From positions 88,970,001 through 89,034,000 of the forward strand of contig NC_043003.1 of assembly GCF_006345805.1 (NCBI RefSeq): a DNA stretch of 64,000 nt, written 5' to 3'. Each line of letters opens with the position of its first letter. The stretch's first letter is position 1. Shown piece after piece: positions 52,516 to 64,000 of the stretch. Made by a program: the position numbers and the translations under genes. Source of the stretch: Octopus sinensis. Its lineage: Eukaryota. Below the pieces are notes generated by a model, which saw nothing but the letters and a program-made list of their open reading frames with translations, was not told where the DNA came from and did not search any database.

Positions 52516-53211
52516 GACTTATAAGTGCATGGCTGTGTGCACCTATGTGCATTCTCTCCATACTTGGAGTGGTAGCAACACAGTCCAGACTTAGACTGTG
52601 TTGATCTCGAGTATGAACGACTGCGACTCCGCGATTTTGAAGATCGCTTACCATCGCGACACATCGCGTCCATCCTTTTAGTGAGGGTTTTTATTAGTTT
52701 AGAAAGCCCCTCAATTGAGGCCGAAGAGGTTTGTGAACAGGCACAAGCAGACCGTGACGATGGTTGAACGGCAAATTCAACCATCTTATCAGCCATCGTT
52801 GCTATTTGGTCCACTGTATTTGTCTCTAAGCCGGTTGCCAAAACGGTCTGTATATAGGCGGGCAACCTCGAAAATAAAATCTTCCGAAGGAGGGGGGCGT
52901 CTGATGCATTACCACTTAACTCCCTCAGTCTTCGTAAAAATTCTGATGGAGTTCTATCCCCTAGTTGCTCATCTGCCATTAACTCGTTGAAACGACTTTC
53001 CTCGCTTCGTGTATTTCTTTTTTCAACCTCTAATTTAACAGACGCATAAGTAGTGCCTGGACTAGGGTCTGTGATAAGGTCTCTTGCTGAAGATGCCAGT
53101 TGCAGCGGCATGCTCGGGAGTAATACTTTGTGCACGAAATTGTGCCTCTAACTGTGAAAACCACAGTGTGGCATCACCTGTAAAAGTAGGCAACGAACCC
53201 ATAAACATTTT
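52506..53211 (-). pseudogene. gag: gag of element B, frameshifted by a short deletion near 53115
   Basis: N-terminus MFMGSLPTFTGDATLWFSQLE lies in a different frame from LGDRTPSEFLRRLREL...CCYHSKYG..A.RCTQPC; ~9 aa missing relative to gag A. Confidence 0.85.
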
Positions 53212-53638
53212 GTAGCCTTTTATTCACTAGATGACTCTGTCAAATGGAAAAAAGAAAACTGACAACGAACCAACGCTGAACAGACGCAACAAGGAAAAAC
53301 AAAGGGAAAAAAAGAAAGGAAGAAAGAAAGACCAACAATTGAACCAATAAATTTTGAATGTGCAATTTACAAAAAAAAATGTTTTTTTTTTTGTTTGTAC
53401 TGTGTGCACAGAGAATAGAAAAAAATTATTTTCTTTTTTTTGTTTTTTACCAACCTTCGTCGCGTTTTAATCGAGAAAAAAAAATTTCTTCTCTTTTTTT
53501 TTTTTTTCTTCCGTGCGTGAGTGCAGATGAAGAAACAAACTGTTGAAAGGGACTGGAAACAGGTTGGTCGTGTTTCAGACTTGGCAGAAAAACTGTATTT
53601 TTTTCTTTTTTCTTTTTTGTTGAGTGTTCTCTGGAACT

Positions 53639-53650
53639 TCGGGGTCACCA
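53639..53650 (-). promoter_or_regulatory. Primer-binding site (tRNA-Trp) of element B
   Basis: TGGTGACCCCGA one base after the LTR CA. Confidence 0.9.
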
Positions 53651-53651
53651 C

Positions 53652-54220
53652 TGTAAGGAAATGTGAATAGCTTCTCTGGACCTTTTGGAGGAGCGAGAAG
53701 CAATCACTTTCCGTTGCTTTAATATCCAGACTCTACCAGTCAAAGAAACACAAAACGCAGACGTAAAAAATAGATATACTTTATTGTTTTATGGTGAGAG
53801 ATCAGTGGTATATCTGATGTCCTTGGTTCTGGGCGCGCAAGGCTGAAAGTTAATCGATTGTAATATTTACAATGTTCAGCCGCTAAAAACAGAACGGGTC
53901 AAAAATGGCGTCCGGAGGAAGAAGATGATGTTGTCTGCAACAATTCAGGTTAAAAGTCTTCGGCCAAAAGACTGCTGCTATCAAAATCGGAGAGAGAGCG
54001 AATTAAACGTCTGCTTCTATGAAAAGCCTGCCGCTGTCTGCCGGACGCTAATGGTCAACGCTTTACGCTCCCTTGCCTCTTTGTTAAGGCTCGCGCTCCC
54101 TTGCCTCTTTGTTAAGGCTCGCACTCCCTTGCCTCTTTGTTAAGGCTCGCGCTCCCTTCGCCTAAATAAGCTAAGGCCACGTCAGCAAAATTCCCTCTTC
54201 CGGACTTCGTGTATTCGCGA
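53652..54220 (-). repeat. 5' LTR of element B, outer 43 bp missing, with a 28-bp unit in three copies
   Basis: Aligns to 48539-49051 with 9 substitutions; unit gctcccttgcctctttgttaaggctcgc x3 at 54067-54150. Confidence 0.93.
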
Positions 54221-54244
54221 ATGGACACCATGATTATGATATAT

Positions 54245-57200
54245 TCATCCATCTATTTATCTTCTCAGCCCATTATTCCTGGGGAGGTTATGGGGTTAGA
54301 GTAATGATCTCTTAAATAGGAAGAGTAGTGGCTTGACCTGGCGAGGCACCCTGATTCCCAAGCTATGCACCTTGTTGAGTAACTTTATTCCAGAGATCCT
54401 TCAGAGGAACCCCATTTTGGCCACTTGTATTTGTAATTATACTTTTTCTTTCATTACCCAACATTCATGACTATAGGTGAGGATAGGCACACAATCCGAG
54501 TCAAAAGAAGTGAGGTTGGCTTTTCTTTCTATCCATTTTTCTTCTTCTGAGGACAGAATGTTAGAGCTAGTACACAACTGTAATAGCACCTGCAATTCTA
54601 GCATCCAATTCAGCCTCCTGCCTTCCATCAATTGTGAATGCATCCCTGAGATACTTAAACTTATCCACTTGCTTCAGTGATGTTCCACTAACATGCAGAG
54701 CGCATTGGAATGAGTCCCTTGAGAGGACTAATGTCTCTGTCTTCACAGGACTTATTCTCTTCCCTGCCTTACAGCACTTGGCAGTAAACCTGTTCAGTGC
54801 ATGCTGGAGATCACTTTCTGATGAACCAAGTAGCACCATATTGTCTGCAAATATCAGTTGACTGATTCTACTAACAGGTGTGCATGTTATTGCAGTTCAT
54901 AATAATTATGAAAAGGAATGATAACAATATGCATCCCTGCATAGGTTCAACATCTACATTGAAAGTTTTCTACTTTGCACCAGTTATTTGGTCACAAACA
55001 TCTGGCCACTTGTTTAGAGACTGCGTGGCAACCAGAAGTTGTCCATTGATCCCAAACTCTTGCAAAATGCTCCACAGCATGTCCCTTGGTTATATGCCTT
55101 TTCAAGGTTTACAATGTAAACATACACCTTTTGGTACAATTTCTTGGAGACCTGTTGTAGAGCGAAAATCTGATCAGTTGTATTGCATAGAGAATGGAAG
55201 CCACACTGTTCTTCAGCTAGCTTGGGCTTGACAATTTCTCTACATATCTTTTCTAGACACCTAGCATAGACTTTACTGGAGAGGCTCAGCATGGGGATTC
55301 CTCTGTAATTAGAGCATTCTATCTTGACTCCTTTTTAAAAATTTGGTTTATGAACTCACATTGCAAGTTGCTTTGGTGTCTTTCCAGAGGTTCAAGCTAC
55401 TTGGCATACATGAGTCAGCCAGAGAATACCTTAAGAACACCTTTCAGTGGATTTGCCACATTTGAGTACTTTAATCTTTTCTATGATTTCAGATTCTGTA
55501 AGGTTGGTCTTCACCCCTAGATGCACTTTGTGTCCACTACAATGAGCATCAGCGGACAACAGACTGACTTGTCAAAGTTTTTCCCTTTAAATACCTGCTG
55601 CTAGACTCCAGCAGGCAGCCCCAGCAAGTTGTCACATGACACTGTTTCAACTTTAACTGACCAATGAAGGCACGTAGTCTTTGCCCACGCATTCTCTAAA
55701 CGACCGCCACCTGTCAGTCAGTGAAGCTGATTCAGTGTCAGCTTGTCTCACCTAGTGATGTTATTTCCCGCCAGCATGTTATGACTTTTAAGCCATTTTT
55801 GGTCTTCCCGCTTCAGCCATATATAGAAGCTGGCTTTTTCAACCGCCTCCTATACTCTCCTTATTAGTTTTCATAGCTCGGAGCTAGAAAAAACAAATCA
55901 TCTTTTGAATAGCGTTGTCATTTTTCTTTCAATGAAGCCTCTATCCCCCACTGCCAGGTGGTAATATTCGACATTCCATCCCTGTTCTCTGCACTCTTCG
56001 ATTAGTTTTTCGTACCTCTTCTCTTTTCCTTCCTCTGCATTGCCAATGGCACTGTCAGTTCTAGCAAAATTCCTATTCTCCGTTCTCTGTTCCATAGGAC
56101 TAAATCTGGTCTTTTTGTTGTTTTTCTTAGTGGAAATATTACTTGTCTTTCCAAATCCGTGGCCACCTCCCAGTATCCCTTCCATCTTTCGTCTATCTCA
56201 TATATTTTATTTGTAGGCCTGGTTTTATATCCTTTTCCCTCCTTCTGGAAGTATACTTTCCTGTACTTTTCCACTTTTGGGTACTCTCCCCTATTGTACC
56301 TCTTGATCTTCTTGAGTGCTGCCCTTATGATTCCGAGGACTTGATTATACCGCCATGTATACCTTTCTAGTGCTAGTCTGCAGTTTGACAGAACATGTCT
56401 AACCATCGCTTTCTCTCTGCATCTACATGCATCAGTTGTTTTTATGCTCCACTAGACTAGGTTCGCTGGTGAGGGTAGAACGTTGAAGGTAGACTTGATC
56501 AGGAAGGATGTTCTTGCTTGTTCCCAAGCCCAAAGTTCCTTCCATGATATTCTGCGGCTGATCATATATTCCTCCCATCTCAGGCACTGTCCCTGTTGAC
56601 TACATTGCACCAAATGTACATTTCGCCTTTCTTCTTCCTCCTTTCTCACTTTGTATACCACTGCCTCTTTCATCTCTTTTATACTGCTCTTGCAAAATGG
56701 CCTGAAATTGTGCGACTCTAGGCTGGCTCTTGCTTCTTGCGTCACTCTGACTATATCTGCGTGCCTTAGTTTCCCGATCGCCCTGTTTACTGCCTCTTCC
56801 GCCTTCCATTTCCTCCCGTTCGTACCTTTGGAGGGTTTTCCCGGATGCTCTGATCTTTTGAAAACCTTAGCATCATTACTGTCCGTGCCTTTCCTGCCTT
56901 ATATTCTTTGGTGATTGATGTTATTGGTAGTTGCAGCACGGGTTTTCCATATAGTGCAGTTGTATTCGGTGGTTTCGGCAGACCCAGCCAGTTTTGTCTA
57001 TAACATTGCACAGCTGGAAGAAATAACTGAATAAAACAATCTCTGCTCGGTTTCAGCATCCTTAGACTGTTCAGGAAGATCTGAATTTTGATGCAATAAT
57101 TTCTGCATATTTGTCTCTGATCCCATCATCCACCAGGGCTTCCCACTTTTCCTGTAAGTTGCACTGGACTTACTAGTTTTGAGGGTTCTTCTTGCTGCAG

Positions 57201-57640
57201 ACAGTCTCAGGTTGCAGACAATTAGGTGATGATCAGTTGATAGCTTCACCGCTCTCTTTACTTGAATATCCAGTACAGAATCAAAAAGGTCAGAGATGAT
57301 AGCAAAATCTGTCAGTGACCTTTGTCCCAAAGAATCCCTGTACCAGGTGTACTTATGAATATCCCTGTGTTAGAAAAATGTGTTCATCATAGAGAATCCT
57401 TTTCCCTTACAGAAATCTTTTAAGGTCTCTTCATTTGCACTGATGTCAGGGTTGCTAGTCTTCCCAATCCTTTTCTTTGACCAGTGATCAGTGCTGACAT
57501 ACAATTCAGTCTTAACTACATCAAAGGTTGCAGTAATTTTGTCACAGGAGGATCTGTATTTGACTTCCCTTATTTGGTGCACATACTTGCAACAGTCACA
57601 GTGGTTCTTCCTTTAGCCTAAGTTTCAGGAGTCAAATCCT
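54245..57640 (-). mobile_element. Degraded RTE-clade LINE split by a HERO-like insertion
   Basis: APE remnants (MNTFF, HKYTW, LSTDHHLI) at 57010-57640; RT remnants (KVYARCLE, EEQCGF, DQIFAL, FKYL, LTYSHE.W) at 54400-55500. Confidence 0.8.
55560..57008 (-). mobile_element. RLE-type (HERO-like) LINE, 5'-truncated, different family from 29085
   Basis: WLGLP, SFLIKSTFNVLPSPANL, HVLSNC..ALERYTWR, RPDLVLW...LLELTVP. Confidence 0.85.
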
Positions 57641-58246
57641 CTCACTGGGGTCCACTCCATAAAACAATCAAAACATCCAGTAGCTTGTGAGTATCCCCAT
57701 TCATGCCTATGGAGATATAGTTGAATCCTGTTGAACCATTCAACCCATGCCAGCATGGAAGGTAGATGTTAAATGATGATGACAATGATGATAGCAAAGA
57801 AGATATGTAATAGTTTAATAGACATATTTGGTAATATATTTTTTTGTTCTTAGTCAAGTTTCCTCTGGCTTATTTTGAAATCTTTATCATCTGTTCCACT
57901 AATTCCATTCAACCAACTTGATTTTTGAAAAATATGGATTTGCTTTTTGGGAGAAAATACAAAATATATAAAAACAATATTGTCATGTTATTGTGTGTAA
58001 AGTTTATTTCTTGTTATTTTATTATTAAAATCTTTTTATGCTGAGTTAAATTATTCTATTGATGCAGACACACCCATGCATACATTAAACCTAATATCAA
58101 AGGTGCTCTAACCATGACCTTCCCACATGTTTCTAGAACTTATATGTTAGTATGGTAAGGTGTGTTTTAAAGGAAACACAGCTACTGTTTCTAACAAGTC
58201 AAGTGATATGTAGAGACTCCTATTTTGGTGTTGGTAGTTTTTTTTG

Positions 58247-58306
58247 TTATCTATTTTGTAGGATCTTTTGAAGAATTGCAGCGTCTGAGATAGTATCATT
58301 TCTTGA
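58247..58306 (-). CDS. Candidate terminal coding exon of an unidentified gene (SRNDTISDAAILQKILQNR*)
   Basis: Acceptor tttcacatttacAG, phase 0, TAA stop, minus-strand AATAAA near 58003; no homology recognised. Confidence 0.45.
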   Translation of the reverse strand, partial: SRNDTISDAAILQKILQNR

Positions 58307-58451
58307 CTGTAAATGTGAAATTTATCAGGAACCAGAAAATATTTAGTTGTATAAAGAAATAACCTTCTCCTGAATGCAGGTAGATTAAATTTAATCAATA
58401 TCTACTCTTAATTCTTTTATAACCCCTTGTATCCTAACATCTACACATAAC

Positions 58452-58553
58452 CTTGATACAGTAGATCTGTCCATGAATAGAAGCTTTGAAAACATCCTCC
58501 CAGAGGTTATACGGTGGAGAAAATGCAACATACCCAGGATGAGACACTGTACC
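58452..58553 (-). CDS. Candidate penultimate exon of an unidentified gene (GTVSHPGYVAFSPPYNLWEDVFKASIHGQIYCIK)
   Basis: ctgac...tgtttAG acceptor, AAG/GTtatg donor, 102 nt open frame (phase 0-0) joining in frame to 58306 over a 145-nt intron. Confidence 0.5.
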
Positions 58554-59148
58554 CTAAACAGTAAGTCAGTGCATGTTAGAGTGTGCAGTATGGTCTTCAA
58601 CTAAGTAGAGATGTGGTATATATGGAGTATTGGATCTAGAGATCAAATCAAGTCATTGGATTGACTACATTGATTATTTCAGTCAACTCTTCCATCACAG
58701 CTGATGAAAATACATGCACTCACATAAACAAATATGCAATCATATTTACACAATTTACACATTCAAACATGCACTCACTCACAAACAACTGTATGAACTC
58801 ATACGTGTAATGTATACAAACACAATCACTCACAAACTTAAACAAGCACACACGTAAGTACCATCTTTTACTTAAATTTCAACAAAAACAAAACAAGTTT
58901 TTATTTTTTTAAACTTTATTTTTTTAAAGCCAAAACAATTTATGATTTGTTTATTAATAATATAGAATTTAAAAAATAATAAACTGATATTTGATAAAAA
59001 TAGAATTAATTATTGTTTATAATTTTGATTTGAATGTCAACATTAAAATTTGTTTCATATCTCCCCGCACTTTTGTAAAACAAAAGAACCAAAGAAATTT
59101 TAACATTTGTACATGACATAACCTTGACTGTGTCAACAAGGCGACTTA

Positions 59149-59226
59149 CAAGGTGTGACAAAAAATATCTCCCAGATTCACCAATCATGATGTATAAAAT
59201 ATGGGAGGTTTTTCTGCAGCACCCTG
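59149..59226. mobile_element. Tiny Tc1/mariner-type MITE (78 bp)
   Basis: TA-flanked imperfect TIRs caaggtgtgacaaaaaatatctccca / tgggaggtttttctgcagcaccctg. Confidence 0.55.
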
Positions 59227-60015
59227 TACATTATGGTCTTAAATGCAATCTTTTTGAACTGATCTTGTTTTCAATTTCTTTTAGAAGCAGTTCTGCACAA
59301 AATAATTAAAATATGAGAAAAAAAAATTGAGTTTCACTTTTTTTCTCTTAAAACTATATCTATCTGCCACCAAACCAATTACTTGCAAATACTTCTTGGT
59401 CAACAAGATTTGCATTTCTTTACATGAAATAAAGTAACAATGTAAGTTATTTTATGCAAATAAAATGAATTCAAAAACTGTTTTATGTGGGAGGTATCGA
59501 TATTTCAACCAATTTTGATTTCATCAACAATTTTCATTGTCATTCTCTGATTTATTAAGGATAAAAGTAAAAAGTAAAAAAATATTGATATATTGATGTA
59601 TAAATGTTGTTGAGTGTTACAACCCAAAAAATTATATAATAAGGAGTTTTCAGAAAAGGGTGCTTTGATTGAACAAAATCAAACTAAAACTGAATGATCA
59701 TATGAATTGTCATGATTGTATTTGATGACTTGCAGAAAATAGTTAACATTGAAAAAAATAACAGTAATCTACTTCACCATAACTTAGCACTTTAGCAAAA
59801 GAGACCGATAGAATAAGTACTAAGCTTACAAATAAAAAGTCCTGGGGGTGATTTGTTCAACTAAATGCAGTGCTCCAGCATGGCTGCAGTCAAATAACTG
59901 AAGCAAGTAAAAGAATAAAATATATATATATGATATACATATATACATGCATATATAGATGTATATATACATATATACACACACACACGTATATATATAT
60001 ATATATTATATATAT

Positions 60016-60113
60016 ATATATTTAGTGAAGGGAAGAAATGGAGCTGAACGAAGATTCTACAGAATTCTGTAGAATCTTCGTTCAGCTCCATTTCTTCCCT
60101 TCACTAAATATAT
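60016..60113. repeat. Perfect 98-bp palindrome without spacer
   Basis: 49-bp arms centred on gaa|ttc (60064/60065). Confidence 0.95.
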
Positions 60114-60591
60114 TAAACTTCAATTATCCGCGCTAAGGCACGGTTGCGACACCCCTAGGTCATAACTTCAACCGTGTTTTTTCTGTTGTGATTTTTGCTA
60201 CCCAGGTATCGGTTAAATTTTGAATAATCCTTAACAAGATAATTCATTTATCCATTTCAATAAATATATATATATATAGGTATCTACATACATATACATA
60301 AAAAAATCTTCACAAACCATTACTCATAGTTTCATGTGACTGTTTATTAGACACCTGTGATCACAACTAACTGAAGAACAGTTATGTAAAACCCTGAGTA
60401 ACAGCCTGTGAAGATTTTTTCAGCTGTATTACTTTGCATTTAGTATTCAAGTATAATTTTTAAACTTTGTTTTGCACCTATATACTTACTTGTTTGGACA
60501 CACACGCACACACACATACATATATAAAAGATTACTTGGAAATGGATACGTGGCATTCAATCAGATAATAATATATATAAATACATATACA

Positions 60592-61669
60592 TATATATAT
60601 ACACACACATGCATATATGGGTACAGGACATCACCAACAGTAAACAGCATAGAATACAAAAACAAATGAGTTTAATACACAAACAAGAAACATATGGAAA
60701 ACAGGACAAGTAACATAAAGAACAATCCTTCATTAGTTGTCCGCTGTCTATCTACTCCTCATTTTGAGCATTGAACGACAATATGAGTTTTTGAAGACAG
60801 TTGCGCCCATATGTACCAAAATTAAATTTGTGATTTATGGAGGGTCAAAGTTGGGGACAAAAACAGGACAGTGGAGACATACAAGGAAACCGAACAGAAA
60901 CATGGAGGGTCGTTAGATCAGAACGAGGGTAAAATAAGGAACGCTGGAGAAATACTAGAAGATAGAAGAGAGAGAGGATACGTGCTGTCCTTAGGACAGT
61001 CCTGAAAGAAAAAAAAAAAGAAGCTCATGTGAGGAAGAGAAAGATGGCTGATGGTCATGTGTGAGCAACAAGAGAGAGAGAAAGATAGAAAACAGTGAAG
61101 GAGAGAAAAAAAGGGAATTAGAGATAAGATGAGATAAAACAGTAGAGTAGAGTTGCATCAAAAAGATTAAGATAAACTTGTTTTGGAAACGGATGTGTGG
61201 CATTCAATCAAATAATAATATAAGTAATATATACACACACACATGAGTCTTCTGTCCTAAGGACAGCACATATCCTATCTCCCTCCTCTATCTTTTCTAT
61301 TATCAAAGAAAATATTTCTCCAGCGTTCCTTATTTTACCCTTATTCTGGTATAACAACCCTCCATATTGGTTTTCATTCAGTTTCCATGTGTCTCCACTG
61401 TCTTATTTTTGTTCCCAACTTTAACCCTCCATAAATCCTAAATTTTATTTTGGCACAACTGTCTTCAAAGACTCATATTATCGTTCAATGCTTGAAATGA
61501 GGAGTAGATAGACAGCCGACAACTAATGAAGGGTCGTTCTTATGTTACTTGTCCTGTTTTCCATTTGTTTCTCTCATTGCTTGCATATTAAACTCATTTG
61601 TTTTCATATATAATGTTGTTTACTGTTAGTGATGTCATGTACCCATATATGCATGTGTGTATATATATA
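60592..61669. repeat. ~410-bp diverged inverted repeat pair
   Basis: 60592-60999 versus 61252-61669, colinear in reverse complement. Confidence 0.9.
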
Positions 61670-62639
61670 CAGATTTTATTTGTGGGTTGTAAGGTAACTA
61701 ATGGTTTCATGTGAAGAGATCTAATCTTCACAACAATTCAAGTGTGCTACATGGAATTGTTGGAATTTGTCTCTATTTTGGATGAGAATTCACAAGGTTA
61801 CATGAGACTGAACAGGATCTCAAAATAAATACAAAACTTATAAGAATATCTTGTTATCTCACTTGCATTAGTTTGGGATTTTTGCAAAAAATTGTGTTTA
61901 TCATAGATTAATTAATTCCTTAATCATTATATGTGAGAATGCTTGTGCATGCCCATATATATATCAAGTATAAGGCATCCATGTATGCAACGCATGCCTT
62001 CTTTTCTATGATAAATAAAATTTTTAATGTAAAATTAATTATTGATAATTTTAACTTTCCTTAATTTTGTTGTGAATTTTTTTTCTCACTGGGCAGTGGT
62101 TGCATGAATGAATTATGACATGACCTCTGAATAGACACAGCATGCAGAAAAACATTTGCTTCTGACTCTACAAGAAAATGCTTCTTATAAATAGAATGAA
62201 TTGGTTATTAGCCATTAATAAAAAGAAATGGCAAATATACTTGCATGCCTTTGGGGAATTCAAAAAATAGACAACTTGACTACTGTTTTCTAGGGGGTGA
62301 AAAGAGAAAAAAAGGTAGGTCAAAACATAGCAATTCTTTTTTCTGTTTACTTTCTTAACTGCCTATTCAGGGGTCAAAAGTCACAACACTACCTCATGGA
62401 ATTTAATCATGTGACCACTACCAAGAATTCATTAGCAGCTTGATTTTGTGTGGTTATTCATTTATTAATTCCAATGCTTTAAAATTTAATTCTAAATATT
62501 TAGAATTATTTTTAAGAAATTTACATAAACAAGTAAACTAGAGCCTAATTTTGTTGTTAGATTCATTGCTAGATTTTTGTTGATTCATCAAAGACAAAAC
62601 TGAAACTCAGCAACATTTTCCAAGTTTCCATTTACCTAC

Positions 62640-64000
62640 AAAATGGCAAAAGAATCAATTAACTCAGTTTCTTCTCTACTTTCACAACCTTTTGCAACAA
62701 GAAACTTTGAAGAGAAAATAGAGATTATTTTTCTTGGAAGAGAAACCAAAGCTTGAATTGAAAATCAAAACTAAAGTGGGTAGCAAAGAATGTCATCGTT
62801 ATTATGAAGAGTATGAGTGAATGACAGGATTTCCCATTCTAAACAAATTGCTTTGTTTCCCATATCTGCTATTCTGTCAACATAAGAACACATGGACTGG
62901 CTACTGTGATTTGAACAACTTGATTACAGCTTTGGCAAGACACAAAAAATCTCAGAACCATTTGAATTCTGTCATTACTATGAAAACTATCAACATCGAA
63001 TTGATACCACAATTGATCACTGAAATGCTGCTTTGATTCAGTTGCACAATAGAACAGTTGTAAAAAATCATATATTCAAAAGGTTAATTCACTATATCAA
63101 AATTTTAGCTTGTTAATAACTACCATTTTGAGGACAGAAGAATCAAATTATAAGGGAAGTTTTCTAGCTCTCTGTGAAGCAGTAGTGGAATATGATGATT
63201 GTTTAAGATTGCATTTAGATTTCATGAAGAAAAAGGCCAACTACACATTTTCTAGACTTTCAAGTGATATTCAAAATGTGATTATTAATTGTATAGCTGC
63301 TACAATTGAAGGTGTAATTAGGACAATGATTGAAAAACATCATTCGTTGCTGTTATGTTTGATGAGACTATGGATCGGAGAATGAAACCTCAATTGCCGT
63401 GTGTTTTACAATATGTTGATGAGAAAGAAAAGCCTCAAGAAAGGTTTTTGGGTTATGCGGATGTCAGTATAGATAGAAGGGCTGCATCACTGACTGAAGA
63501 AGTTCGAAAATTCATTAATGAATTCAAATGTGGTCAAAAATTCATTGCACAAACATGATGGAATGAATGTGATGGCTGGCACTTGAACGGAATGCAAGCA
63601 AGAATAAAGGAGATTTTTGGTGCCAATGTCATATTTGTACATTGTTATGCCCATACACTAAATTTGGTACTTTCCCAATCAACTTCAAGTATTTGTGAAT
63701 GTTAAATTTTCTTTCAAACTTCAAAAGGAATTTCAACTTTTTTCTCAAAGTTGATGGCTTGGCTAGCACTAATGGATGAAATTGTTGGAAGGTGATTTCC
63801 AAAGCTACCTGATACATGATGGAATTATTCATCTCGGCAAGTATCCATTTTGTCCGATAAAATTACTTCATTTTCTGAGTTATTTTCAACCATATTAAAA
63901 AATCCAGAGAACTGGAATACTTCAGAATTAGCACAAGCAAGGGGATTCATTGCAATCCTAGAAGATTTTCATTTAAAATTTTTATTAGTAGGTTTTAAAA
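62640..64000 (+). pseudogene. hAT-superfamily (ZMYM1-like/Tip100-type) transposase, degraded, runs off the right edge
   Basis: G.FLAL, S.DIQN.II.CIA, MFDET.D, QL..VL.YV, ERFLG, AQT.DG, FVHCYAHTLNLVL motifs with stops and frameshifts. Confidence 0.85.

Larger units (their letters stand above)
48539..54220 (-). mobile_element. Ty3/Gypsy LTR retrotransposon B, near full length, inactivated
   Basis: Two ~98% identical LTRs, PBS, gag, PR-RT-RH-IN order, PPT; frameshifts in gag and before integrase. Confidence 0.97.

Overview
AT-rich, repeat-dense eukaryotic genomic DNA. The SINE, RTE-tail and microsatellite landscape looks like an octopod cephalopod (inference, not proven). Host content: the last five coding exons of a ZYG11-family (ZYG11B-like, CRL2 substrate receptor) gene on + (4306-17363, canonical GT-AG sites, one continuous frame), and a candidate two-exon 3' end of an unidentified gene on - (58247-58553). 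Most of the rest is transposable-element derived: two related tRNA-Trp-primed Ty3/Gypsy elements (1-2817, partial; 48539-54220, near full length), two further Gypsy relics, many RTE LINEs, three restriction-like-endonuclease (HERO-like) LINEs, Penelope-like element (PLE) relics, Tc1/mariner, hAT, piggyBac-type and Helitron-like pieces, and tRNA-derived SINEs. Most interesting signals: (i) several PLE-associated type I hammerhead ribozyme motifs with a very long stem II, one with an intact core; (ii) a -1 gag/pol frameshift cassette (slippery heptamer, stop, 7-nt spacer, hairpin) conserved between two diverged Gypsy families; (iii) CpG decay confined to one of the two LTRs of a single element; (iv) many fold-back/inverted structures, including a perfect 98-bp palindrome and an inverted duplication of a SINE plus its flank. 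No prokaryote-type systems (CRISPR etc.) are present. Coordinates of degraded TEs are approximate; all assignments are by-eye motif recognition, not database searches.
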